A stretch of 44,713 bases of DNA, taken from assembly GCA_045837725.1 (NCBI GenBank), contig JBEWZL010000150.1:1-44713 (forward strand). The letters are read 5' to 3'. Under the pieces are notes generated by a model. That model was not told the DNA's origin. It made no database searches and saw nothing but the letters and a program-made list of their open reading frames with translations. Below, piece after piece: positions 1-11,212 of the stretch. Source of the stretch: Vermamoeba vermiformis. Lineage: Eukaryota. The position numbers and the translations under genes were made by a program. How positions within the stretch are numbered: the first letter of the stretch is position 1; the number at the start of each line of letters is the position of its first letter.

Positions 1-34
1 GACCGATGACGCATTACTAAGTACGTTCTAACAG

Positions 35-276
35 ATATTTGGTCATTTGGTATTCTGATGTACGAAGTCACTGCACGACAAGAGCCTCACAGCGAAGCAG
101 ATCCAATTGAGATTGGTCGATTGATCAGAGACACAGGTTTGGCACCTGTCATTCCATCGTCGTGTCATCCTCAACTCGCTGATGTTATGAAACAATGCTG
201 GCAAATGTCGCCACAATCAAGACCAAAGATCGAGTCTATTATTGAGTCTTTGGAATCAATACAAGCTACAATTTAA
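35..276 (+). CDS. Last exon of a receptor tyrosine kinase (gene begins left of the window)
   Basis: Acceptor ctaacag ends at 34, then (D)IWSFGILMYEV...CWQMSPQSRP (kinase subdomains IX-XI). Near-identical to the last exons at 17812, 30763, 40946 and 44383. Confidence 0.9.
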
Positions 277-435
277 CCGTAAATACAAGCAAGAAAAAAT
301 AACAGTGTGTCGCTTTGATCGAATATTTATTCTACGGTACTGTCAACTGGCCATTTTCGTAGTTCAACCAAGGTCAGCTTATTTGTATGATAATATGCTT
401 CAATCAAATACATTATATACAATAGGCTTAAGTAA
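35..435 (+). repeat. Inverted duplication, left copy (RTK last exon plus ~160 nt of 3' flank); partner at ~17645-18053
   Basis: Non-coding flank (e.g. ctggccattttcgtagttcaaccaaggtcagcttatttgta, cttcaatcaaatacattatatacaa) recurs as the reverse complement at ~17660-17810. Confidence 0.9.
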
Positions 436-457
436 GTTCAAGGTACCACATCTGTAG

Positions 458-975
458 CGCTACACAATCTTCGCCGGCGGTAGCGGAATTTCTTCCGTTT
501 CGGATGCGGTCGACATATTCAATAGCGAGACCAAGAACTGGACAACGGCGACATTAAGTGTTGCGAGAAATGGTCTCAGTGCTACATCCAATGGCACTGT
601 GGCGTTGTTTGCTGGTGGTGCTAGTCTTGGTGCTACTTTTTTCACGACCGTAGATATTTTCAATGCGAACACGTTGATATCTTCAACTACTCGACAGGTG
701 CCTGGTCTACATCCCAGATCAGCGTTCCTCGCATGCTCTTTGCTGCTTCTACTGTCGGAAAATACGCACTGTTTGGTGGAGGATGCAACGACTACGACAG
801 CACCAAGTTTGACGTCGTGGATATTTTTGACGCAGAGGCAGGTCAATGGATGAGCACTACAATGCTTAGTCTTGCCCGTGGAGATTTCGCAGCGACTACT
901 ATCGGCAAAAAGGCTTTGTTTGGTGGAGGCGGCAAGATTGATAACTCTCTGATTATGAACACCGTTGATTTCTTC
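458..975 (+). pseudogene. Kelch-repeat ectodomain fragment paralogous to the kinase at 12870-15106
   Basis: IFAGG..VDIFNSETKNWTTATLSVAR..ALFAGG in one frame, then a frame switch at ~674 to VDIFNYSTGAWSTSQISVPRMLFAA..GGGGKIDNS. About one repeat is deleted, and no start, TM segment or kinase domain is present. Confidence 0.8.
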
Positions 976-1407
976 CCCTTCGACGATGTTCTCGGTGAAG
1001 TCCCAGCGCTCTACAACTCTCTCAAAGCAACTCCGTGCCTTTGTCATTCGCAACGATGGTGACGGGCGATGGTGGCTCTCTGACTGCCAGCAGCGACACG
1101 TATCAAACATTGCTCCAATCAACAATTGACAGTTACACTCCCGGGGTCCAACGTCACAATGAGTCTAGGCTTGATGAAACCTCCTTGGGGCACGGCTACG
1201 GTACCAGCAGTATCAACTTTCTGCCCGAGCGCGTAGAGAGTTATTTGACCTGCAGGACATCGACCCATCCACGACGGTGATATATAGTTGTTGGACTGAA
1301 CGCTTTTTGGCGTCATATAGTATCATTTTATTGCCTTAACGGGCAGAGAAATAGCTAACTTCGGCAACTTCGTTCCACTATCAGTCCAATCGGGCATTGT
1401 CAATCAA

Positions 1408-2673
1408 TTAGTCTTCAATCGGCCGTTCGTTTAATATTAATATCGGTAGCTGATCCAAAGACTCCAGCTCACAACTGATCAAATTGCGTCCTCGATATTC
1501 AATTCGATATTTCCTGGCAGGCACAATAATCGTCATGCAATCGCCATTGTAATAAAACGACTCTTCGTGCTCGCGTGTGTCGGGCATGCCCATCGCTCCT
1601 TGACGCGTCGACTGTGTTTTGAGAACTGCGAACAGATCCGCCTGCTGCAAATAATAAATGTAGAATTCATCTTTGCTTCCGCGAAAAGACACACCAGTGC
1701 TGTCCCAAAAACTCTGATCCCGTTGAAAATTAAATTAGTAAATAATTCGGATCCGAATAAATTGTAACAAATAGTATTACTATAGTAATAGCTTACATTT
1801 TGTCTTAGCGTCTTGTATATTCGTCGTAATTCTTTCGAGGAAATCATGGGAACAAAAAGAGGTAACGCCGGCTGATCTTTAGCTTCGTTGTCCAACACTA
1901 TTTCAATATCTGCCTTGCCTTGTTTCATCCAAATCAAGAGGTCTTTAAATATAAAATTAGAATTATAGTCGATTTAAATACACGGCATTAAAAACTCGGA
2001 TCCTTACCTGGAGATCTTCGCCACGAAAAATCTTTCAACACGCTGAATGTCGCATCTCTTTCGTGTGGATTATTGGAACGTAAGTGCTCTATTAATTTGT
2101 GACCACTTTTAGTAGTCTGAGCGATCCGTCTGCTAGATTTTGAAACTAGATGCAGATCAAGCCACGTTTTCCAATCAACAAACTCGAAGATTAAGTGCCA
2201 TATCTCACTAGGCAAGTTGTGACTAAATACGGCATTGCCAACAGATACCTATGATTTGTATAAGAAGCAACAGTCTAATGTATTGATAACACGTAATACT
2301 TTTGCCAGATCCCGTGCTCTTGAGAAGGTACAGCAATGGATTATCTCAATTTCGTCATAAATTATTGACGTTTCCTCGTGCCAGTCATTTGGCGTTCCTT
2401 CCTTCTTTAGTAAAGCGAAAATGTCGTGTAACAAGTATTGATCTGTTAGAAAAAATTAAATAAATTGGTTTCGTCAAAAGAAAAATAGTACTACCTACCA
2501 GTTGACATTATTTGAATTTTACTGAATATTTTAAAATAATTCCGAATTATTTCTGCTACTTTTTCCTTCGCAGCCTCCACGCTTCCACCAGCTGTCCGTC
2601 GCCTGCCGAACATTTCGTCGACACTGAATAGCGGATAAAGTGCTCTATCGAATAGAGTTGCATGCTCGCTCAT
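1408..2673 (-). CDS. F-box domain protein, about 5 exons (possible 1-nt frameshift at intron 2)
   Basis: LPSEIWHLIFEFVDWKTWLDLHLVSK is an F-box pattern. GT-AG introns join the five small ORFs in phase, except the second junction (~2290/2249), which needs one fewer A in an AAAA run. Confidence 0.65.
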
Positions 2674-2785
2674 CTTATGGACGAATGGAATAAAATTAAA
2701 TCAAAAAATTTATTTACGTATCAAACTAATTCTACGTAATTTCTGTATAATTAAAAACGGCACAAGAGCGAGCACCAAACTTGAT

Positions 2786-5700
2786 TCAACCTGCTTCTTG
2801 CTTTGGGACACCTGCAAGATTTTCACCTTGCGAAGATTGAGGGGTCGATGGCTTGGCAACGGCTGAAACTTGAGGAGTTGAAGGCTTGCCTCCAAAGTGT
2901 GACTTTGTTTCGTCGAACCATGGTTCAATGATTTGTTTAAGTTGAGCGTTGTTCAAGTCGCCAGTTTTGCTTTCCAATTCGTTTTCGAGCCAAGCAAGCG
3001 CCACCTTGCGATCGACGTCGTCAGCGATTTCAAGCACTTCAAAGAAGTTGGCAATCCAAGACACTGCTTGTGCTATGTGGCCTTTGTCTCCGACTCTCGC
3101 TGAGCAACACGCAGCGTTCAAGGCAATCAAGAATCTATCTTTTGGCTGAACGCCTGTCTTCCATATCGTTGAGAACACATCGACAGCCTTGACGAAATAG
3201 CTGCGATCCTTTTCAAACAGTCCAAGTTCGTAAAGTAGCAATCCTTTAACCCATGGGGCAACGGGATCTTCTTGATGTGGCTTAAGCGATTGACCAAATC
3301 TTTGCAACTTGATAGCAAATCGTTATTTGGCTCTGCAACGGCCTGAAGGTACCGGAAAAGTGCGTTGCCCAAAAGAACGTGATTCTTTCTCGTTGTCATT
3401 GAACACCATGAATTGAGAGTCTCTTGAAGCGATTTCCACCCGTCTGAAATGAATTAGAAATATGAAACGAGTGAACCGATACCATTTTAACGTACCACTT
3501 GCATTCATCTCATTAGTGAGGATCTTGACCTTTTGGAGTTCCACATCGTAGGCGTAATTGCATTCTTCTGACATATTTTCTTTTTCGTTTTGCAAAAAAT
3601 CGAGTGTTGCTTGTACTTGTTCAAGCTTGTACTTCCACAGACTTTTAACTTCGGCAATATCTTGGTGTTCAATTCGTACAATCAACCAATTTGAAACATT
3701 CCAAAGTTGTCGTAACATCACCTCGTAGACTTGGGTTTTGTCTTCGCCGCTCAAAAAGTAGAGTGAAAGGGCCAAATCAAACGACTTGTATGAACCGACT
3801 TCAGCTTTGTCGAACTTCTTTTTGTACTTGATGTAATAGTCCATCGCGTCGTCAATCTCTGTTTTCAATTTCCAGGCTTCGTAATCATTTGGTGAGCCAC
3901 GGCGGAGAAGTTGAGTAACATCAGATTTGAATTTGCCAATGTCCAAGTGCACGTTTGGTTCGTCTATCATATTATCCAGCTGACTAAGAATGAAACGCAA
4001 AAAGGGATTGCAAGTGTTGCTGTTTTGCAGAGTAATGAGCAATATTTCCATGTTCGTGATTAAATCGCTCTCTGGATGACGGAAGGGTTTGATAGTTGTT
4101 GAAAACGCTTTTTCCAGCTGTCGCCTGATCTTGGAGGTACGTGAGTTATTATCAGAGCTTCTATGCAAGTATGTGAGGTCCAAGAGAAGCAAACAGTACT
4201 CTTCGTTGAAAGTGTCTTGTCGGTTCATGAGGTTCATGAAGTGCGGGAGTTTTTTCTGTCCAGACTTTCTGGCATAACGTGCTATTGCATCATTTAACTC
4301 CTGTACGTCTGTTGGGGACATTGTAACGAATGTCACGATATCACATTGATTTGGAGAGAGTGATATGATGATATCGTCGGGAAGGTTCAGTATTGCAAGC
4401 AACAAATCTCCAACAAGTCGCATTGTTGTTTGCACGGGAGTCCAATTGAATATGTCGGTCCAACTCTTGCGCTGTTGAGGATGCCACTTCCACACGTATG
4501 GTGATATTCTGACTTTGTCCATGGGGATAGCCTGCACATTCGGATTCTTTTCCGTTAGAGGGCCGTAGTCGGTATTTTCATCACGTTGGTCCTCATGTGT
4601 GCATATTAACGTGCATTCAGGGAAGTAGAGAGACTGAGCCAGAGACTTCAAGTCTGTCTTGGCATCGGCGAAAAAGATGTTCATTTCGTTCGGTTTCGTT
4701 ATCTTGCTGCGGAATTCCATGCACGGAGGAAGGTGATGAAGCATCAGCGTGAAGTAATGCCAAGAAGGTCGTAGGCCCCATGGTATTATCATTGGTGGTC
4801 CAATTGGGTAAACCAAGATGTCCTTCAGGTAGCAGTACGGAGGTGAGAACAAGGAGTCAATCTCGCCAGTTCGAGATTCAACATCTTGCAAGCTTCGCCA
4901 TTGAGTGATTTCTAAGTTGTAAGCGCACAAGTCGTGAACTTTGTTGTGGAATGATTTGGAGCCAAACTGCTTGCCGCCATACGTCCAAACAACTACTTCG
5001 TTTGATACTGACGTTTTCTTTACTGCCTCTTGGTGATGAAATTCCGTTGCAATCATCAGTCCAGCAAGAACTGCGATGGCTGATCCTGCGTAGCCAACGC
5101 CAGCAATGCGACTGATTTGAGGATTGTTCTCGTATTCACCTTTGGTCTTCTTACTGCTTGCATCACTCGATCGTACGAACTGAGTCAGTGGAAATAATCG
5201 CTTTGCAACTGACAATGCAGCGCGGTACCAGACAAGAGGAACTCTATCGTCTTTGGTAATAGTTGTGTGAAATTCCTCTAAATCAGGGGTGTCAATGTGC
5301 ACGTACTCTCCGAGATAACTGGGCTGAAGAGGGCGAATATACCAGTCCTGGTCTTGCATGTTGCAAATTACGTGGAAGAAGTTGTGCTCATTTTGCTGGT
5401 CTGCGTCGATACTTGGTTGCAAAAATTTCGATTCGCAGAGAATTAGTCCTTCTAAGTCCTTGATCTTTTCAGACTTCTCGACAACTGTTTTCCAGACGCC
5501 ATCGTTTGCACTCTTCTGTAGCCACTTGAGGAAGAGAGATTCGTCGTACGGACCCTCGTGCAAGTCCGACTTATTGGATTGATGGTATTTGGTACCGTAT
5601 TTCATCTCAGAACGACCACGTTCATCAAGAAGAGATAAGCGTGAGTTCATCCATCGAATCAAGTCCGAATCGTTCTTTGCTTCAGCCAAGTTGCGAACGT

Positions 5701-8618
5701 CTGTTATCCAATGAACGATTTGTTTTGCCGCAGCCTTTGATAGCCTGAGTAGCTTCTTTGCTTCTGCTCGTCTGGCTTCAGAATTGTTTGTGTACTTGGG
5801 CAACAGAGGCGGTACGGGACAATCTATTTCACAAAGTGCCTTAATGTCTCGTTCATACCAAATAAGTTGAAGACACTCGTCGTAGCCCAAGAACAATGAG
5901 CGCAGTAATCCATAGAATGACCCATCTGGATTCAGTACTCGTAGGAAGTACTGAATTTTACGATCCTTGCTGTGCCAAAATGTCGAATCTGTCAAGCGCT
6001 CGGCAAACGGAGTGATCGTTTTCGCGAATCTTGCAAATCCATCGTAAAAGCCAAATGAGTGCAAAAGCTCGGTCAACCCAAGAGAAAGAATTGAATCGCT
6101 CCAAACCTCTGGTTGGGTACACAATGCCAGGGAGATCATGGCGTAGGCACGAATAGGATGAAACTTGCACGTCCAGGTATCTTCCAGCTTCAGAGTCTCT
6201 TTTTGCTTTGGTTCTGAGTGATCAAAACAGAACTCTCGCCAACGTTCTGCCTTATGCAGGTCATCTTGGTCGATGTAACCCATTGATATTGCACGACAGT
6301 ACTCGAGTGCTTGAAGTCTGTGATCATGAGCACACGGTGGAGGTGCCCACACACCATCGTCATCAGTGCATAGAAGCCAGTGGTCGAGCAGTTTGATCAA
6401 CGAAGACGAGTCTGCATGTTGAACAAGGTACGAGTTGCTGGTGATGTTCACTTCGACCAACAAATCTGAGATGAGAGCCAAGAATGGAGTTAGGGATCGT
6501 GTGCCATCAGGAATGCAATACGAGCGAGAGGAAGGAACGCGCTCATAGCTCTTCTTCTTTTCAGTCAATTCTTCAACAATACAGTCTTGAAATGCAACTC
6601 CGTGACCGATTCTGCACTTGATTCCACGAGCGCAAATGCGACGGATCGCTAGTGCCATGATGTACATGTGTGCGTACATTGCTCTTTTAATGGGTCCTTT
6701 CTTCTCTCGAACGACACCTTCGCCACAATGCAAGCGAATGCCAAGCTTGAACTTCGATGCCAAATCGAGCCATTTGTCTTGAATGAACGGACAGTACGGA
6801 TATCCGAGTTCATCAGAAACAAAGTCCAAGCCAACGACTGCCTTCAGAAGTCCGCGTTCGCTATCTTGGTAAGCTTTGGTTGTCTTCAGATAGGACAAAA
6901 TTGCATGCAGTTGTTTGAAGAATGGTTCGTAGTCCGAATAAGCTTCAGGGTTGAATGAGTGTGCCATCGCAATGTTCGGAGATTTAACTAAGAAGTTCCA
7001 TGCTTCTTCACTGTCTGTAGCCGTGCGTAATTCTCCGTCAATAGGAAGCTTCACGCTGTTGCGGGAAAATGCAATCAAGAACCTGTATTTCATCATTGGT
7101 CGTTCAGCATTCACTTCAGGACTGGGAATTGCGTTCCAAATTGATTCATGAACCAAGTATTTGTAGATCCAAGGCGTTATCAAGGTGCTCAACCCCAGTG
7201 AGAACTCAACATAGCTTGTTCTTGATAGCGAGTAGCTCTTCAATACGTTCTTGAGCAGAAGTGTGAGTGTGTATGGATGTTGTTCGTAGATTGGATCACG
7301 AAGCTTGAAACGCATCGGGTAGAACTCGGGGGTGAAGTGACGTCTGAATCGATGAACCAAATCAGCGTTTGATGGTGTTGAGCCATCGACATTGAGCATC
7401 GTGAAGCAGTTGCGAATTTGAGCAAGCGTTGCCTTCGCTTCGAGTTCTGTCCCGCTGCGTACTTCCATGAGGTAGCACAGATCAGTGTTGGTGATTCCCC
7501 ATTGATAGTCGAATTGTTGTGTCTTCACGTTGAAGAACATGTACTTCTTGAGGTACAGATCACTGTCACCATTGCGATTTAAAGCAAGTCGAGCAATTAT
7601 TTCGTGCAGAACGTTGGCCTCTCCGAATTCTCTTGCAATATGCATCGAATCTTGAAATGATTCAATATCGAATACTACGTCGGTGGTGAAGTTGAGTGCT
7701 GCTTTCCAGTCCCACGACAACGTGTTTGAAGCTTCTTCCATTGACATCAACTGCTTACACAGCGATGTGGACAGAGGAAGATTCATCCAGCTTCTTTCTC
7801 GGTGAAGTCGAAGAATATTGACGACAAGTTGGTCTTCAAACGGGACTGGTTTGAGGTCATGCCAATTTAGTATAGTGTTAACTCGCCAAGCATCTTGTGG
7901 CAAGCCAATTTTTAGCCAATCTTGCTTTGCCTTGGATTTCTAAGGATTAAAAAAATTAGATTGATTGCTCGTGCGAGAGTCGCTACATACGGCATCTACG
8001 TTCACAATTCCGTTGCTTGCTTCGGCATTCCACTCACAGCCAACGTGAGTTAAAAGACCCCAGTTGCTTATCTTGAAGTGCTTTGTTATTTCTTGGTTCT
8101 GATGTTCTCTGACGACATCGAACATAAACGGATCTGAAGTTGGATGCAAAGTAAAATGGAAACCATCATTTCGAAGCTAATGTTATCTGCGTTAGAGAGT
8201 CTTATAGCAATAATCGAAGCTCATTACCTTCATTTCCACGTCATTGTTATCGTAGCGAGCAGAATAGTTCCCTTCTTCTTCAGTGTTCTTCAACACGATC
8301 TCCAAGTTTGGAAGTTGGCGATAGCAAAGAGGACCGTACCACTCCAACGATTCCAATTTTCGACTTTTCATTGTAAATAGGTAGCTTCGCATGATTTGAT
8401 CGATCCAGAACGAGTGATCTCCCATTCCCATGAGATGCGTGTGAAGATCGGCGGTAATGAGATCATAGTAGTATATAGTAAATGTGCGATCTTTTCTTGT
8501 TCATTCGCCCAACGACGATCGTCGCTTTGATTGTCTGCAACATAACGTTAATAATCGAACACACTATTCCTGTACCAAACAACTTACTCGGCGGATCGGG
8601 CGGCAAATCATCGGCCAT
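2786..8618 (-). CDS. Large multidomain protein: adenosine/AMP-deaminase-like domain + inactive lipase class 3-like domain + helical/TPR-like C-terminus
   Basis: Deaminase motifs in order: DLHTHL (~8435-8450), YVEFS, VVGLDFVSDE, LHCGE, RIGHG, VEVNITSN, LCTDDDG. Lipase-like motifs: IAGVGYAGSAIAVLAG and VWTYGGKQFGSKSF. Short introns at ~8535-8587, ~8178-8227, ~7940-7990 and ~3444-3495 flank a ~4.4 kb exon. Two frame problems at ~8453 and ~3290. Confidence 0.8.
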
Positions 8619-9574
8619 TGCAACTAAATTAATATCGTTAGGCGGTGATGTAATCAGTTCTTTGAGTGATAAAACAAAGAACAAATTCGATATTTACGAG
8701 ACGCAGACAAAATAGATCAATCTTTCTCCAACCACCCTTAAAATCTCCATTATTATTGGGCACAATATTGATCGAATTATACTTTAAACGAGCATTTGCA
8801 AATTTTTATCTTGATTCGGGTCGAGGGCATTTTAATCTCGAAGAGCGGAATAACATTCGTTCAAGTCATCTTTCCTTAAAATAGACCCTTCTATCTGAAA
8901 ATCAACTTGCTTCTCTGGGCATTTAAATCGCCCTTAAACATTGTTATGTGAACCGAACAAAAAAGTTGAAGGATTTACGGATTAAGTAAAGGAGGTTCCT
9001 TCTCCCCTATTCACGCGCTAAGCTCGAAAAAAAATTAATACTGATTATAAAAAATATTTCAAAAGCATAACAATAGTACTTGCGCAAAATCTAGTTTAAT
9101 CCAACTGATTTGATCCGACTGCTAATTTAAGAAGTGAGTGCTGCATATTAGGAAAGTGCTTATTTTTGGCGTTCCTAAATTAATCATTACCGCTGAGTAA
9201 ATAATTATTAATTCCAAACGCGGATCTATGACGCAGTTTGTTACCGCGGATAAATAGGGCATCCTTCGACATATTAATTGATGAATAGCTCGGTGAATAC
9301 TGATTGAAGTCGATTATATGGTAATTATAGAGAAGCATTGCAACAATTATCCGTGTTGTTCTTGGTGACTTAATTATTTGTACAACGAGGGAAATTCGCA
9401 AAGATTTTCAATTGCGCGCTACCTCCCCGGGTCTCAGATGGGCAGACGATTTCTTCTACACTAGCCTGCCTTCTTTTTCTAAAATTAATAGCGTGAACTA
9501 GGTCCCGGACGCAGTCAGATCGTGTGCTTCATTTTTCTAAACACTCAGAAAAATCCCATTTATTACGTTTCAGA

Positions 9575-11212
9575 CTACATCATGCGTTCCACAGAAACTT
9601 CTTCCATTTCGGTGGTGAGAGGCTGGAAGTTGTCAAGTTTGCGTTTCTTGAGGTAGAGGTACGCTAGTACGGCTGCACCAGATATTGACACGACTGACAC
9701 AATACCTAACCCGATAGTCACCATTGGCACTGACTCTTTTTCGTTCAAGACCATTGCAGTGCATTTTCCGTCGACAAGTTGTGAACCTTCGCCACATTGA
9801 TAAACAACTGTCGTAATGTTTCGCAGACAAAAACCATCGACCAAGACGTAGTCTTTTGGGCATTCGATCGTCTCGGTCCAATTCTTCAACGACGGCGATA
9901 ATCCTGTCAACTTCGTGGTTTCACGTTTGTAACAATATGCTTCTGCTGACTTGGCAATGTATGCGCCACATGGTTGGCCAACCAAATAATACATCTCCTG
10001 CGCTACTGTATTGCTACTCTTTCCATAGACGTACCAGCCTCTGAAGAAATCAATTGTGGGTACGGTTTGTTCCACGTGCACGATGGTTTCGTCGGAGCAT
10101 CGATAATATCCGCTCACGTCCGGACACTTGCTGTAGATGATAGTGTAGACTAGTCCTAAAAATCTGATGTGGTTTAACATGTCCATGTGATTGGCTTTGA
10201 TCATTAAATTGATAGGACGTTCGTTATGACAGCCGTGATTCGTCGCCGAGCTGCTGGGAACTGTTCCGTCGCCATCGACGAAAGTTTCCGCGTAATCGTT
10301 CTCTTCTTCTGAAGCTTTCGTGGTGATAATGTCGTGAGGCGTGGCCACTCCGCTGTTGAAAACGTAGTATGATTTCGGTCTCGTGAAGCATTCTCGCGTT
10401 CGCACTCGTTCAGGATGAAACCCGCCAACAGCAATTTCTTTGTAATAATCTTTGAAGTTGACAGTCGGCCGAGGTTGTAGTTGCGGTTGGGGCAGTAAGT
10501 CGTAAGCGGAAAACGTCTCGATGGTGAATTCTTTTGCCACATTATTTGACAGCCGCGAATTGCCAAAGTTATAGCCAGTCGTAAACGCTTGCAAACTTCG
10601 GCCGCCAACACCGTGAAATGGAGTGCCAACCGTTATTAGCGTGATGTGACTGTCGTTGCGATTGTTGCTCAGGCCTGACTTGAAGTATTCCTGCATCACT
10701 AATCCGCCCATAGAATGAGCAATGACGAACCACTCTTCGTTGGGCTTTGAATTCAAGATTTTTTCCAAGGAATCCAAATGAGGTCGATAGTTCACAGGGT
10801 AGCGCCAATCGTACGGAAACCCAAACAGATCCACGCCCATCGTGAAATTTTGTCCAACAAGCATGTCGATGAGAGTTTTCATGTAATACGTCGCAGTCTT
10901 GTACAGCAACAGTTCTGGATTAAGATCATACATTGCGCTCAAGCCGTAGCCACCTTGCGGGACGTAGACTTCATATCTGTTTGGAACGTAGGTGCCGTTC
11001 GGGAAAACTTGCCGGGAAATAGCGCGGCGTAACAAACTATCTTGTGAAATAGCCACGGGCCAAATATGTTGGTATGGATTTTGCTTGCTGGAAGCCAACT
11101 TGTCTTCTGAATACAGCATGGATCCGCCAATGCCAGGCACTAGCAAAATGTTTGCCGTAGAAACGCACCACACGAATACGGTCAAAATAAGGATATTGTG
11201 GAGGACGTGCAT
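9575..11212 (-). CDS. LCAT / group XV phospholipase A2 family alpha/beta hydrolase, type I membrane protein, intronless
   Basis: Signal peptide, then LLVPGIGGSML, FGFPYDWR, IAHSMGGL (Ser), DGDGTVP (Asp), NHMDML (His). A Cys-rich stalk leads to a TM helix followed by KKRK. Confidence 0.9.
   Translation of the reverse strand: MHVLHNILILTVFVWCVSTANILLVPGIGGSMLYSEDKLASSKQNPYQHIWPVAISQDSLLRRAISRQVFPNGTYVPNRYEVYVPQGGYGLSAMYDLNPELLLYKTATYYMKTLIDMLVGQNFTMGVDLFGFPYDWRYPVNYRPHLDSLEKILNSKPNEEWFVIAHSMGGLVMQEYFKSGLSNNRNDSHITLITVGTPFHGVGGRSLQAFTTGYNFGNSRLSNNVAKEFTIETFSAYDLLPQPQLQPRPTVNFKDYYKEIAVGGFHPERVRTRECFTRPKSYYVFNSGVATPHDIITTKASEEENDYAETFVDGDGTVPSSSATNHGCHNERPINLMIKANHMDMLNHIRFLGLVYTIIYSKCPDVSGYYRCSDETIVHVEQTVPTIDFFRGWYVYGKSSNTVAQEMYYLVGQPCGAYIAKSAEAYCYKRETTKLTGLSPSLKNWTETIECPKDYVLVDGFCLRNITTVVYQCGEGSQLVDGKCTAMVLNEKESVPMVTIGLGIVSVVSISGAAVLAYLYLKKRKLDNFQPLTTEMEEVSVERMM

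Noticed and set aside
460-1125. 221-aa minus-strand ORF
   Set aside because: Antisense shadow of the plus-strand kelch fragment; no motifs of its own.
8716-9570. Intergenic stretch with short ORFs and weak inverted repeats, considered as a mobile-element end
   Set aside because: No terminal repeats, target-site duplication or transposase similarity that I can support.
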